The notes under the pieces are model-generated. The model saw only the letters and a list, made by a program, of their open reading frames with translations, was not told the DNA's origin and did no database searches. Below are positions 43,940 to 55,758 of a stretch of 64,000 bases of DNA, piece after piece. Location of the stretch: the NCBI GenBank assembly GCA_965203275.1, contig OZ241865.1, forward strand, positions 544,001 to 608,000, written 5' to 3'. The stretch comes from Bdellovibrionales bacterium (GTDB lineage Bacteria > Bdellovibrionota > Bdellovibrionia > Bdellovibrionales > JAUICD01). The first letter of the stretch is position 1; each line of letters opens with the position of its first letter. The position numbers and the translations under genes were made by a program.

Positions 43940-44413
43940 TCATAAGGGCTTTTCTTTTTTAGTATGTTCTTTTTTCATCTCTTTATCTTTGTCTTTATTG
44001 ACTATAAGTCCATACAATGTGTCGAATTTTCGATCGAACTTATCTTCCATAATTTCGAATTTTCGATCAAACTTATCCTCCATGGTTTTCATCTGTGTAG
44101 GTATATGATTGTTTACTTGCTCTTGAATAGGTTCAATTTTAGCATCTATATATTCCTTTAAGTGCTTTTCTGATTGGTTTATTCGCTCATTTAAGCTATT
44201 TACCAATTCCCTTAAGTTATTCTCTGATTTGCTTACCAATTCCCTTAAATTATTTTCTGATTTGTTTACTAATTCCTTTAAGTTATTTTCTGATTGGTTG
44301 ATTCGTTCATTAAAAGCATTTGTGATTTTAGTATAAAAAAAATATCCTATACCAAACATAGCTAAGATGGTCATTGCATCTAGCTGATTAAGTATTTCAA
44401 TGAAAGCTTCCAT
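43940..44413 (-). CDS. Coiled-coil array copy 2
   Basis: Paralog with AGGAGG RBS. Confidence 0.8.
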   Translation of the reverse strand: MEAFIEILNQLDAMTILAMFGIGYFFYTKITNAFNERINQSENNLKELVNKSENNLRELVSKSENNLRELVNSLNERINQSEKHLKEYIDAKIEPIQEQVNNHIPTQMKTMEDKFDRKFEIMEDKFDRKFDTLYGLIVNKDKDKEMKKEHTKKEKPL

Positions 44414-44564
44414 AATGTCCTCCTTAGTGATACCATCACCCGATTAATATAAAAAAACAAAGCATTTAAACAGTACATCATTATACAACATAATCTAAGG
44501 CCCGTCTAACAACAAACACTGGAAACATACTATGAGGGTTAAGGTTTCCAATCAATGTGGATGA

Positions 44565-45044
44565 TCATACGGGCTTTTCTTTTTTAGTATGTTCTTTTTT
44601 CATCTCTTTGCCCTTTTCTTTGCCTTTATCGACTATGAGTCCATACAATGTATCGAACTTTCGATCAAGCTTATCCTCCATAGCTTTCATCTGTGTAGGT
44701 ATATGATTGTATACTTGCTCTTGAATAGGTTCAATTTTAGCATCTATATATTCCTTTAAGTGCTTTTCTGATTGGTTTATTCGCTCATTTAAGCTATTTA
44801 CCAATTCCCTTAAGTTATTCTCTGATTTGCTTACCAATTCCCTTAAGTTATTTTCTGATTTGTTTACCAATTCCCTTAAATTATGTTCTGATTTGTTTAC
44901 TAATTCCTTTAAGTTATTTTCTGATTGGTTGATTCGTTCATTAAAAGAATTTGTCACTTTAGTATAAAAAAAATATCCTATACCAAACATAGCTAAGATG
45001 GTCATTGCATCTAGCTGATTAAGTATTTCAATGAAAGCTTCCAT
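44565..45044 (-). CDS. Coiled-coil array copy 1
   Basis: Paralog with AGGAGG RBS. Confidence 0.8.
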   Translation of the reverse strand: MEAFIEILNQLDAMTILAMFGIGYFFYTKVTNSFNERINQSENNLKELVNKSEHNLRELVNKSENNLRELVSKSENNLRELVNSLNERINQSEKHLKEYIDAKIEPIQEQVYNHIPTQMKAMEDKLDRKFDTLYGLIVDKGKEKGKEMKKEHTKKEKPV

Positions 45045-45411
45045 AATGTCCTCCTTGGTTGGTTATGCCTTTATATATCGTCAGGATTTTAGTCTGACTT
45101 TAATCGCAATTTTTTACTTGAATGTCGATAAAGCTGGCTACGTAATAATTTTAGCATAAAACAACATTAAGGTCAAGTCTTTTATATGGTATCAGCTTTT
45201 TTGGTCTTTGTGATGTGCTGTCAGGCTTACCTTATAATACTTTGATGGGTCATTTATTTTGTAATACCCTTTTAAAAAGTCAAGAAGGATTAATGATTGT
45301 TAAGATGCTCTGAAAGTGTTTGCAGTTTGAAAAAAGGGGGCCACGAAATCTCTTTAAAAAACATGGCCCCCAGGCATTATGAAATATATTTTTTGAAGTT
45401 TAGAGACTTGT

Positions 45412-48400
45412 TTATGAAGGAGGATCGTGTTTGCATATCTCAGGTCTTTCATCATCAGGTGGGGTATTATGGGACCCCCAGCATCTGACGTGACCATTAT
45501 TTAAAGTAGCACAGTTGGTCCATCGTGTTGCGTCTATAGATTGAACTTTATTGCCACCTAATATTTCAGTATTTAAGTCATTCACAACAGGGCCTCGATG
45601 GTTATCATTTTCTCTGTTTGAGTTTCCAAAGCAAATGGCTTCACCAGTATTTTTTGATAAAATACAAGCACTAACTTCACCAAGAGAGACGCTTACTGCT
45701 TTTCTAGTATCAGGTGCTTTAAATTTAATGGTTTGTAGTTTCTTATCATTTGAAGGTGTAGCCTCAAAGGATAGAACAGTGGCCGATGGAGCGTCTATAG
45801 AATTAAAATCAGTATGGTTTGATCTACAGATCACATTATCAGTAGTCTCTTGAATAATACATGTACGTTTATATCCTGCCACAACATACTTGGCTTTATA
45901 GGCAGTTTCATCGTTATCTGAAAAAAAGCCGGCATTGGTTACTGTATTAGGAGTATCTTTTCCATAATTTGGAGTAGTAGCATCTTTTATTTGTCTTGCT
46001 TGGTTGTCTCCCCAACATTTAACTTTATTATCATCATCATTGTTGTTTCTCTTCAGGATTGCACAGGTATGATTTTCACCTGCAGAAATAGCTCTGACGG
46101 TCCCTAAATCAACAACTTCTGATGGGGATGTTTCACCGGATTCATCTCCTATAGCATTCTCGCCTGTATTTTTTCCTAGTTGCCCGTGGTCATTTTTTCC
46201 CCAGCATCTTGCCTTATCATCATTTGTGATCACACAAGTATGAGCTACACCTGCCGAAATAGCTTTAGCTTTTAAATTATTTCCTAAGTCAATAGTATCA
46301 AGTGAAGCCGGATTAAGATTCTCATTTGAATCAAGTTTATTACCTTGGAGCAATTGGCCATGTGTATTCTTTCCCCAACATTTGACTTCTTGATCGTCTA
46401 GGATAGCACAAAAATGGTATTCATTGGCTCCAGTGGAGTTGAAAGAAAGAGCAAGAGCTTTGTATTTTTTATCAGAAGGACAGGTTCCTGTTGTTGCTTC
46501 TTTGCAACCTAAGTCTACAGAATTAGCGAATCTCATTGGATCAAAAGATGCAAGCCATTCTTTTGCATCTCCTTGAGGTCCAAATGTCCCACCCGGAGGC
46601 AAGCACCTGTTAAAATACGATGGATGACTATTATTTCCCCCGGCTTCTGACCAACATCTTATTTTACCTAATTTAGATAAATGACAAGCTGTCCGAGGAG
46701 GATACCCTAAGTGTATTGCTTTATAAGGCCACAATCTATATTCTACATTTTTATTTTCAGTTGCTACTTTAGAACATTTGGTCCTTTTAACTCTATCAGG
46801 GCCGTCATGTTCTTTTTTCACATAGAATGTATAAGTTTTATAATCTGAAAAAGCAGGATAAGAAAGCTTATCTGCATCTACCTGAATTGTACATGGGCCT
46901 GTAGTAGGACAGGTTTTGTTAGCAACTTTTTCTACATTATCCCCTTCAGCATCACAGCAGTTTACTCCAGTACAAGCATCACCACCAGTACCACTATCAG
47001 CATAAAGCTCGATCTTATTGCCACTTGCCTTTTCCACAGTAAACGTTGGTCTATCATGTAAATAGTTAGGTGATGGATTTGGCATTGGAGTTGTTAAAAC
47101 AATTTGAGGGGGTCGGGCAGGGTACGTCAAAATAAGATTACAGGTACTTGCATTCTTAGCTTGATCAATCACCTGTACACAATAATCAGTTTCGCCTGTT
47201 TGAACAGGAAATTTTATAAAGGTCTCATCACTCTCAACTGTTGCCGTGCCTAAGAAAGAGCTTGATTCACCATTTCTCATTGTATAAACCTTTACTGTAT
47301 CACCCACAGTAAGACCTGAAAATTGAATCCTAAGCTTATCATCTCCATCTTCAGTTAGAATTAAATACACTATATCATTTTGAGTCGGTGTAGCCGGTGG
47401 AGTTTTGTCTAGATTTACATAGACAGTTTTTACATTTGATTCTCCTGCGTCGGTTTTTGCCTGAACATGAATATAATACTTTCTGCCATTATCCCCGGAT
47501 GCACCCTCTTTAGTCGCCTCAGTTGTCGTGCTATAAGCATCTCCACTTTCAAATGTATGAGTTCTTTCTCGATTAATGGCATGTCGATAAGTACAACCCT
47601 GTACACTGCAACCCCACTGCCAAGTTTTTCTCTGTCGAGGGACATCATCATTTGTTAGACCTGTGACTTGTGGAATAAAGGCACTCCCTGAAGGATAAGC
47701 AAATAAATACCCACAACCACCTTTATTGCCTGCTTGATCTATAATATTGGCATAATATCTTTTAGGGGTTGAACCCGCATTAAATGTGATCACGGCTCTA
47801 TTGTTATTATCCACTACAGAATTACCTAAGGTACGTCCCCGACAATTTGAAGCTTCGTAAATATAAATATGCTCCCTTGGTAGAATTCCAGTATCACTAA
47901 AGGTCACTGTCACCTGATGGTTATCTGTAGCCCGAAAGGTCATAGAATTATTATCTGGTGTTTTAGGTGCTGTGTTATCTATTGTCACAGAAACAGACTT
48001 TACGATTGATGCACCTGCCCTATTTTTAGCTTGAACATGTAAAGACCATTTATCGTCGGCTTTACCTCTTGTACTTGCTTCATTATCTAAAGAATATTCC
48101 ACTCCTTCAGCAAATGTATGAGTCGCTTTGTCGTTTATTGTATGACGATATTCGCAGGTATGAGGGGGGTCCATGCTTTCGGTAGTGCAACCCCACTCCC
48201 AAGTTTTGATCTTTCTAGGTGTTTTATCATTGGCAAGACCTGTCACCGCAGGTAGAACTGGCAACACATTATCAGGGTAAGTGAACACCTCACCGCACCC
48301 GCTTCTATTATCTGCTTCATCCACGACTTGAGCATAGTATTTTTGACGATTGCCCGTTGCCTTAAATGTAATGACTGCTTGGTTATTATTAGTCACTCTG

Positions 48401-49628
48401 GCAGTTCCTAAAGAGCTACCCTGACAATTTGACGTATTATATAGATAAACACGATCTCTAAGGATCAGGTCTCTAAAGGTCACTTCCAAAGAATGGAGTC
48501 TGCTATTAAGAACTTTATAAGTTACTGAACCTGCATTTGGAGTTTCAGGGCTTGTTCTGTCAATTCTAACAGAAACCGATTTGACGTTTGATTCTCTCTT
48601 TGTGTTTTTAGCTTGAACATGTAAATACCACAGGTTGTTGGTCTTGCCTGTTGTGTTGGCTCTATTATTAGCAGAGTAAGTCGCCTTACTATCAAATAAA
48701 TGAGTCGCTTTATTATTTATTGTATGACGATATTCACAAGGCAAGGTCTTTTCTGTAGTGCAACCCCACTCCCAGCTTTTAAACCTACGGGGGTTTTTGT
48801 CAGTCGTAAGACCTGTCACTTCTAAAATTCCGCCAGTATTTGTATGTTCAAAGACCTGGCTACATGGGCCTCTATTACCTGCTTCATCCACGACTTGAGC
48901 GTGATAGTTACTTGTCCCTTCCCTTGCCGTGACCGTTACTACAACAGAAGTGCCACTAGAGACTGTCGCTTTACCTACTGCATTACCAGATACGCAATTC
49001 GAACCTTCTGTGTTCCTACGTGCGAAGAGAGAGGCTAGAAAGCGTAATCCTAGGAAATTTGAGGGGGGGGGGGGGGGGGGGGTGCATAAATAGTCACTGT
49101 GTCGCCCGTTTTAAGACCATTCACAGTCACTCTAAAAGTCTTCCCGGTGCTTCTACCAGTTGGAGCTTTTACATTAGAAGACTTGAGAGCTTGTGGTGGG
49201 GTTGTATCTAATAGAGTATAAACACTTTTGACTTTTGATACTATATTACTTTTAGCTTTTGCCTGAACATGAATATAATATTTTGTACGATCATCTTTAG
49301 ATTCACCTTTTCGTGTGGCTTTTCTTGTATTGTCATACTTTACACTGCTAGCAAATGTATGAGTCGTTTTTTGATTGATAGCATGTCGATAAGTGCAATC
49401 TACGTTTTTTCTCTTTTTATCTGTTTTATTATATTCCTCACAACCCCATCGCCATTCTTTATTTCTCAAAGCTTTGGTATCATTGGATAAGCCTGTTACA
49501 TTAATCTCTACATTGTTATTAAAATTATTATTATTGTTATTCTTATCGCTTCCGCAGGATATGAATATAAAAGATAGAATTAAAATACTGATTGAATGTA
49601 AATGTAATAAAATTTTTTGATTTGTCAT
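45412..49628 (-). pseudogene. Large surface lipoprotein (4 repeated beta-rich modules + RCC1-like propeller) split at a C20 tract (ORFs 49050..49628 and 45412..48891)
   Basis: Lipobox FISC; module VTGLxND..WxWGC..CxYRHxIN found in both ORFs; KCWGKNxxGQL RCC1 motifs; frame between the tract and ORF2 is open. Confidence 0.8.
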
Positions 49629-50122
49629 GGATTCACCACCTTTTATGATATTTTCTCAAAGATTCTTTTATGTGTAAACTTTTCGGATGATTACTATACT
49701 TTCAGTCTGTGTTGGGCTTTAGGTTAAAAGTCTATGTTTTGATATTAGAGGATAGTAGAAGATATGAAAGGATATGAAAAAAACTAAGGAAGTTAAAGGG
49801 TTTTTAACTTTGTTAATAGACTATTGAGAGAAAAAAATATTACCAGGGCTTTTGACTTAGTCAATGGACTGGATGCGTTGGCGTTGGATTGGCATTGGGG
49901 CATTGGATGGATGCGTTGGATGATCATTCTTATTTTGAGACAAAAGAGGCTTTCAATTGTGTGGAGTCTGGATTAAAGAGTTCGTGTAAGTGGGTGGTGA
50001 TCGCCCTGGTTGGTAAATGAGCCTTAGAGTGTGCTTTTTGCCGATCTCAGACACTTTTCTTATCCTGAACAATAGCAAACTACTGGATTTTATGGCAATG
50101 CATCATAATTTATCACTACCTG

Positions 50123-50150
50123 TTGATTTTTCCCTTAAATAAGGTATAAT
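50123..50150 (+). promoter_or_regulatory. Putative sigma70 promoter, duplicated at about 50969-50997
   Basis: TTGATT-16 nt-TATAAT within a block repeated upstream of both paralogs. Confidence 0.55.
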
Positions 50151-50219
50151 AAAATAAAAGTCATATAAATTACGAATAGTTTGAACTTTTCTTCACTTTA
50201 CAAAAACAGGAGGTTTTAA

Positions 50220-50684
50220 ATGGAGCTTTTACAAATACTTGTAACTATCATGGTTTTTTTTGGTAGCTTAGTTGGAATTGTGAGATTTTATATCAGACCT
50301 ATTGAACAAAGAATCGAGGATTTTAAAAATGAGATTAAAGAACAAGTCACCAATCATCTACCCTCACAAATTAGAGGACTAGAAGGTAAAATTAGAGGAC
50401 TAGAAGGTAAAATTAGAGGACTAGAAGATAAAATTCAGGCATTAGATAAGAAAGTTGATGACAATGCAAAGGAACTCAATCAGAAGATTGACGACAATGC
50501 AAAGGAACTCAATCAGAAAATTGACGACAATGCAAAACAACTCAATCAGAAGATTGACGACAATGCAAAGGAACTTAATCAAAAGATTGACGACAATGCG
50601 AAACAAACCAATCAAAAATTTGATCATGTCAATCAACGTCTTGATAAGATATTTGAGTTATTAACTAATCTTCCAAATAAATAA
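50220..50684 (+). CDS. Membrane-anchored hendecad coiled-coil protein
   Basis: TM, EQVTNHLPSQ core, (ELNQKIDDNAK)n; AGGAGG RBS. Confidence 0.8.
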   Translation: MELLQILVTIMVFFGSLVGIVRFYIRPIEQRIEDFKNEIKEQVTNHLPSQIRGLEGKIRGLEGKIRGLEDKIQALDKKVDDNAKELNQKIDDNAKELNQKIDDNAKQLNQKIDDNAKELNQKIDDNAKQTNQKFDHVNQRLDKIFELLTNLPNK

Positions 50685-51063
50685 TCTCTTTTTAAACCAT
50701 AAGACTTTTAACAAAATGCGATAAGGTATTATGTTTCATAATAACTTAATCCTTTTCACAACTTTAATTTGGTTTAGATTGGAAACTTCTCTGGAAAAAG
50801 CTCGTATGAAAAGGTGCTGATGGCTCTGTTAGGTGGTTGGCTTTAGAGTTTGCTTTGTTTGCTTTGGTTGCTTTTTGCCGATTTCAGATACTTTCCCTAT
50901 CCTGAAAAGTACTAGCCTACTGAACTTTGTGGCAATTTATGGCAATGCATCATAATTTATCACTACCTGTTGATTTTTCCCTTAAATAAGGTATAATAAA
51001 ATAAAAGTCATATAAATACGGATGAACTTTTCTTCACTTTACAAAAACAGGAGATTTTAAAAT

Positions 51064-51573
51064 ATGAGTTTTCCAGAATGGTTTGAGTCTTTATTCACTA
51101 TTTCAAAAGAGAGTATCCATCTTTTCCTTCTTTTTTCAGCTTTTTATTTATGTTATTTAGCTGGAGGTGTTAAGTTACAGCTGTATAATCATCTACCTTC
51201 ACAAATTAGAGGGCTAGATGATAAAATTAGAGGACTAGAAGATAAAATTAAAAGACTAGAAGACAACATGAAGGCACTTAATCAAAAGATTGATGACAAT
51301 GCAAAAGAACTTAATCAGAAAATTGATGACAATGCAAAGGAACTCAATCAAAAAATTGACGACAATGCAAAGGAACTTAATCAGAAAATTGATGACAATG
51401 CAAAGGCACTTAATCAAAAGATTGACGACAATGCAAAGGAACTCAATCAAAAAATTGATGACAATGCAAAACAAACCAATCAAAAATTTGATCATGTCAA
51501 TCAACGTCTTGATAAGATATTTGAGTTATTAACTAAATCTATTTTGAGTGAAAAAGACGGCGGTTCACTTTGA
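51064..51573 (+). CDS. Membrane-anchored hendecad coiled-coil protein (paralog)
   Basis: Different TM head; same NHLPSQ core and repeats; overlaps the astD 3' end. Confidence 0.75.
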   Translation: MSFPEWFESLFTISKESIHLFLLFSAFYLCYLAGGVKLQLYNHLPSQIRGLDDKIRGLEDKIKRLEDNMKALNQKIDDNAKELNQKIDDNAKELNQKIDDNAKELNQKIDDNAKALNQKIDDNAKELNQKIDDNAKQTNQKFDHVNQRLDKIFELLTKSILSEKDGGSL

Positions 51574-53077
51574 GTGAATCTAACTCATTATGATCTTGCA
51601 AAGAAGCTAAAGGTGATGTGCAGTAATAAATTGCAAAATATCCAGAGGGTCTATCATTACCTGATCTACCAAGCCCACCAAAAGGCATCAAAGAATTAGC
51701 CCCCACTGTTGAACGATTCCAATTCAAAATACCTACTTTTGCATACAAGCAAGCTCTTTTATAAAGCTTCTCATCCTGTGTGAAGATCGACATAGCAAGT
51801 CCATAACCTGTGGCATTATTAATAGCCAGTGCTTCATCAAGGTTGTCTACAACAGAAATAGCCACATCAGGACCAAAAATTTCTGACTTTTGGTAGAGTG
51901 ATTTTAGAGAACTTTTCACAAAATGCACACTTGGAGTGACATAATAACCTTGGTAGTCTTTGTTTTCAAATTTTTGAGCTTTTAATAAGACTTGGGCTTC
52001 TTCCTCCTTTGCCACATTTTGAAAATAAAAGTATTTATCAAAAGCTTGCTTGGAAACCAAAGGCCCCATAAAAACATCCTGACTCCAATGGCCAATAGTC
52101 AAGCTTTGAACAGCCTTAACAAATTTTTCAATAAAAATATCAGATATATCCTTATGAATTAAAATACGGCTTGTACAGGAACACCTCTGCCCTGTGGTGC
52201 TAAAAGCTCCTACAATGCACTCATAAACAGCCTTATCTAAAGCAGCATCTTTCCAAACAATAGATGTATTTTTCCCACCCATTTCTAACGCTAAAATCTT
52301 CCAATAATCTTCGAGAGTGGCTTTTTTGATCTGAAGACCTGTTTCATAACAGCCTGTGAAAAGTACGCCGTCCACGTCTTGATGTTTGACAAGTCTCTGC
52401 CCTATGCGACCGTCGCCTTGGACGAGATTAAACACCCCTTTAGGGAAACCAGCTTGATGAAATAACTGAGCCATCAATTGACCTGTCATAGGAGTTTGCT
52501 CTGAAGGCTTAAAGACCACAGTATTACCCACAGCCAGTGCAGGGATGATACTGCCATTAGGCAGATGACCTGGGAAATTATAAGGCCCCAGCACAGCCAA
52601 CACACCTCTAGCTTTATAAGAAGTTATGCCTTTGATATTAGCAGGCAATCCTTCTACATACTGATCTTTGATCAACTGCATAGATTGATTAAGGGTGATG
52701 TCAATCTTAGATATCATGCCTTGCACTTCTGTATGGCTTTCCCACAGGGGTTTACCCATTTCTCTTGAAATAACTTGTGCTAATTGATCCTTGGAGTCCT
52801 GATAAAGAGTCTTTAGCTGCATTAAATAATTTTTACGATCTTCTTGGCTTAACTCTAACCAAGTAGGATAAGCCTTTCTAGCAGCAGAGACAGCTATATC
52901 CACATGACCCTCATAAGAGTTCACTTCACAGAGCATATCCGATGTATCAGCAGGACTGATTTTCTCGTATGTAGAGTCTGCTTTTTGACCAGTCACAAAC
53001 TGTCCATCAACATAATCACCTAAAAAAGCAATCTTTTTGATCTCTTCTCTTTTAACCTCTGACATAAAATCCTCCAT
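51539..53077 (-). CDS. astD: Aldehyde dehydrogenase, succinylglutamate-semialdehyde dehydrogenase-like
   Basis: GPYNFPGHLPNG, FKPSE, LALEMGGKN, GQRCSC and PFGGLGRSGNDRPS. Confidence 0.8.
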   Translation of the reverse strand: MEDFMSEVKREEIKKIAFLGDYVDGQFVTGQKADSTYEKISPADTSDMLCEVNSYEGHVDIAVSAARKAYPTWLELSQEDRKNYLMQLKTLYQDSKDQLAQVISREMGKPLWESHTEVQGMISKIDITLNQSMQLIKDQYVEGLPANIKGITSYKARGVLAVLGPYNFPGHLPNGSIIPALAVGNTVVFKPSEQTPMTGQLMAQLFHQAGFPKGVFNLVQGDGRIGQRLVKHQDVDGVLFTGCYETGLQIKKATLEDYWKILALEMGGKNTSIVWKDAALDKAVYECIVGAFSTTGQRCSCTSRILIHKDISDIFIEKFVKAVQSLTIGHWSQDVFMGPLVSKQAFDKYFYFQNVAKEEEAQVLLKAQKFENKDYQGYYVTPSVHFVKSSLKSLYQKSEIFGPDVAISVVDNLDEALAINNATGYGLAMSIFTQDEKLYKRACLYAKVGILNWNRSTVGANSLMPFGGLGRSGNDRPSGYFAIYYCTSPLASLQDHNELDSLKVNRRLFHSK

Positions 53078-53430
53078 AAATATTTGTATTGTTTCTTCAC
53101 AACCCCACGAGCCACTTACACAACTCTACTCTCTTTGATGTACATTTTAATAACCTAAAAATCTATAGATGACACTACATGTCATTTATCATTTTTTAAT
53201 TTCTAGGGTTTTTCATTTCAAGAGTTTATCATGGATTCATTATGGGTGAGGGATTATTGACTTGATCGATCAGTCGACAATAAAATTATTATCAGAAAAT
53301 ATTATATTTCAAGTTTTATCTTAGAGCAATTAGAGCAACGAGTAGCATACGAGTAGCATAATTGATACCTCAATCAAATTACATTATATTAAATTTAAGG
53401 ATCATCATTGATATAGGGGTTGAAAACATA

Positions 53431-54660
53431 ATGCCAATGACTTTAAATCCTCAAGAGCAATTAACAGAACTGAAAAAAGGTATTGTACAAATTGAGCGTG
53501 AAGATGAGCTTTTGCAAAAATTGCAAAAGAGTCATCAAACAGGCAAGCCTCTCAAAATCAAGGTAGGATTTGATCCAACCCGTCCTGACTTGCATCTAGG
53601 TCATGTTGTGTTATTGAACAAAATGAGGCAATTTCAAAATTTTGGACATGATGTGATTTTTCTCATTGGAGATTTTACAGCTCTTATTGGAGACCCCACA
53701 GGTCGGAACGAAACGCGTCCACCTCTTACTGCGACAGAAATTCAACAAAATGCACAGACTTATTCTCAACAAGTTTTTAAGGTACTCAACAAACAAAAAA
53801 CACAAATACGTTACAATACAGAATGGACCTCTCAGCTTTCTGCTTTTGATTTTGTCAAGCTTATGAGCAAATACACCTTAGCCCGCATGGCAGAAAAGCA
53901 CGATTTTAAAAACCGGCTTTTTTCAGATGATTCTTCTATTGCATTCCATGAACTCATATATCCTTTACTACAAGGCTATGATTCTGTGGTTTTAAAAGCA
54001 GATGTTGAATTAGGAGGGACAGATCAAATCTTTAATTTATTAGCTGGACGAAAGCTACAAAAGTCATACAATCAAACTCCCCAATGCATTCTCACATTAC
54101 CTCTTTTAGAAGGATTAGATGGTATAAAAAAAATGTCTAAAAGTTACGATAATTACATTGCCTTAGATGTATCAGCAAAAGACATGTTTGGTAAAATTAT
54201 GAGAATTTCAGATGACTTAATGGTAAGATATTATGAGTTACTCACAGAGATCAGTGTCAAGGAGCTAACGGACCTTAAAAATAAAACAGGCCCGTTTGCT
54301 TTAGAAAATCCAAGAGACACTAAAATAAAACTAGCTAAAATGTTGGCATCACAGTTTTATTCTCAAGAAGAAGCAGAGCAAGCTCATCAGGAGTTTATAA
54401 AAGTTTTTTCAAGAGGAGGGCAACCTGATGAAATACCAGAGTTTATTTTAAAGGACAATCCAATAGGGATATGCAAATTGCTTGTAGAGGCCCAAATGGT
54501 TTCATCTAATAGTGAAGCTAGAAGGCTTATTCGCAGTCGGGCAGTTAAAAAAGATGGAGAAGTGATCACTGATGAACACACACAGATCACTTTGTCAAAA
54601 TCAGATAAACCTTTTATATTAAAAGTCGGCAAAAGACGCTTTGTCAAAATATGCCAATAG
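53431..54660 (+). CDS. tyrS: Tyrosine--tRNA ligase
   Basis: GFDPT..HLGH, YPLLQGYD, GGTDQ, KMSKS, C-terminal S4 domain; ATG 53431 preferred over the track start 53362. Confidence 0.96.
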   Translation: MPMTLNPQEQLTELKKGIVQIEREDELLQKLQKSHQTGKPLKIKVGFDPTRPDLHLGHVVLLNKMRQFQNFGHDVIFLIGDFTALIGDPTGRNETRPPLTATEIQQNAQTYSQQVFKVLNKQKTQIRYNTEWTSQLSAFDFVKLMSKYTLARMAEKHDFKNRLFSDDSSIAFHELIYPLLQGYDSVVLKADVELGGTDQIFNLLAGRKLQKSYNQTPQCILTLPLLEGLDGIKKMSKSYDNYIALDVSAKDMFGKIMRISDDLMVRYYELLTEISVKELTDLKNKTGPFALENPRDTKIKLAKMLASQFYSQEEAEQAHQEFIKVFSRGGQPDEIPEFILKDNPIGICKLLVEAQMVSSNSEARRLIRSRAVKKDGEVITDEHTQITLSKSDKPFILKVGKRRFVKICQ

Positions 54661-54693
54661 TCAAAGTATGCCAATAATAAGGATAATGATATT

Positions 54694-55533
54694 ATGAAGA
54701 AACAAAAACAAACATTAAAGGACACCATTAAAAAAACATTTTTAGTCAATCCTTATGAACCTATTGCAATAAAAAACATTACCTTTATTGATCAGATATT
54801 GATGGGCTTTATTATTTTGAGTATTGCTATTGTTCTCTTAGATAGCATAGAGAATACTCAATATAAAAGCTTTTTTATGTATTGCGATTGGTTTTTTGTG
54901 GTGATTTTTACAATGGAATATTTTTTAAGAATTTATTCTGCCCGTATCAAACGGGAATATATATTTAGTTTTTATGGCATTGTTGATTTTATAGCTATAT
55001 TTCCATCTTATTTAAGTTTATTTTTTTCAGGGACAACTTCTCTCCTTGTGATCCGAGCTTTTAGATTGCTACGTGTTTTTCGTATCTTTAAATTACTGCG
55101 ATATTTAGAAGCTGTAAAAGTTTTGACTTTTGTCTTGAAGGAGAGTCGCACGAAGATTATTGTTTTTTTAACAGCTGTGATGATCTTTGTGACTTTTATG
55201 GGTTCTGTGATGTTCTTTATAGAAGGTGAAGAACACGGATTTACAAGCATCCCTCGATCTATTTATTGGTCGATTGTGACAATCACCACTGTGGGTTATG
55301 GTGATATCACTCCACAAACTACGTGGGGTCAAATGGTTGCTAGCTGTTTAATGATTATTAGTTATGGTGTCATTGCTATCCCTACGGGTATTATATCGTC
55401 TTCATTTACAAAATACCAAGCTTCAAAATTAATGTGTCCTCGATGTCAAACATCTTTCCATGATACTGACGCAAAATATTGTAAGCTTTGCGGTGCAGGA
55501 TTGACACCTGCCATTATTGCTCCTCCTCACTGA
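54694..55533 (+). CDS. Voltage-gated potassium channel family ion transporter
   Basis: S4 RAFRLLRVFRIFK, TTVGYGD filter, C-terminal CxxC..CxxC. Confidence 0.92.
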   Translation: MKKQKQTLKDTIKKTFLVNPYEPIAIKNITFIDQILMGFIILSIAIVLLDSIENTQYKSFFMYCDWFFVVIFTMEYFLRIYSARIKREYIFSFYGIVDFIAIFPSYLSLFFSGTTSLLVIRAFRLLRVFRIFKLLRYLEAVKVLTFVLKESRTKIIVFLTAVMIFVTFMGSVMFFIEGEEHGFTSIPRSIYWSIVTITTVGYGDITPQTTWGQMVASCLMIISYGVIAIPTGIISSSFTKYQASKLMCPRCQTSFHDTDAKYCKLCGAGLTPAIIAPPH

Positions 55534-55758
55534 ACTGACCACTTTTTTATTTTAACGTCTGTGCATCACTGAAAATACAACAAACATTTAATGTAGGTTT
55601 ATTCAATGGTAATATTTTGAATCATTATGTTAAAATGTTTTTTAAACTTAAAAAATATTGACCTTAACTTAAATGTTATATTATTTATAAAGACGAAGTA
55701 AAAAACGAAGTAAAAATAAGCATCTTTTTCAACAGACTCTACAATAGAGAAAGGAAGT

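Noticed and set aside
42417..44564. Integron attC sites in the array spacers (GTTAGAC present)
   Set aside because: The only candidate inverse core (CCTTAAC) is about 40 bp away, which is too short. One spacer has GCTAGAC, the genes are paralogs, and there is no integrase.
41866..51532. Antisense and alternate-frame ORFs over the coiled-coil genes
   Set aside because: Shadow frames caused by 33-bp periodicity.
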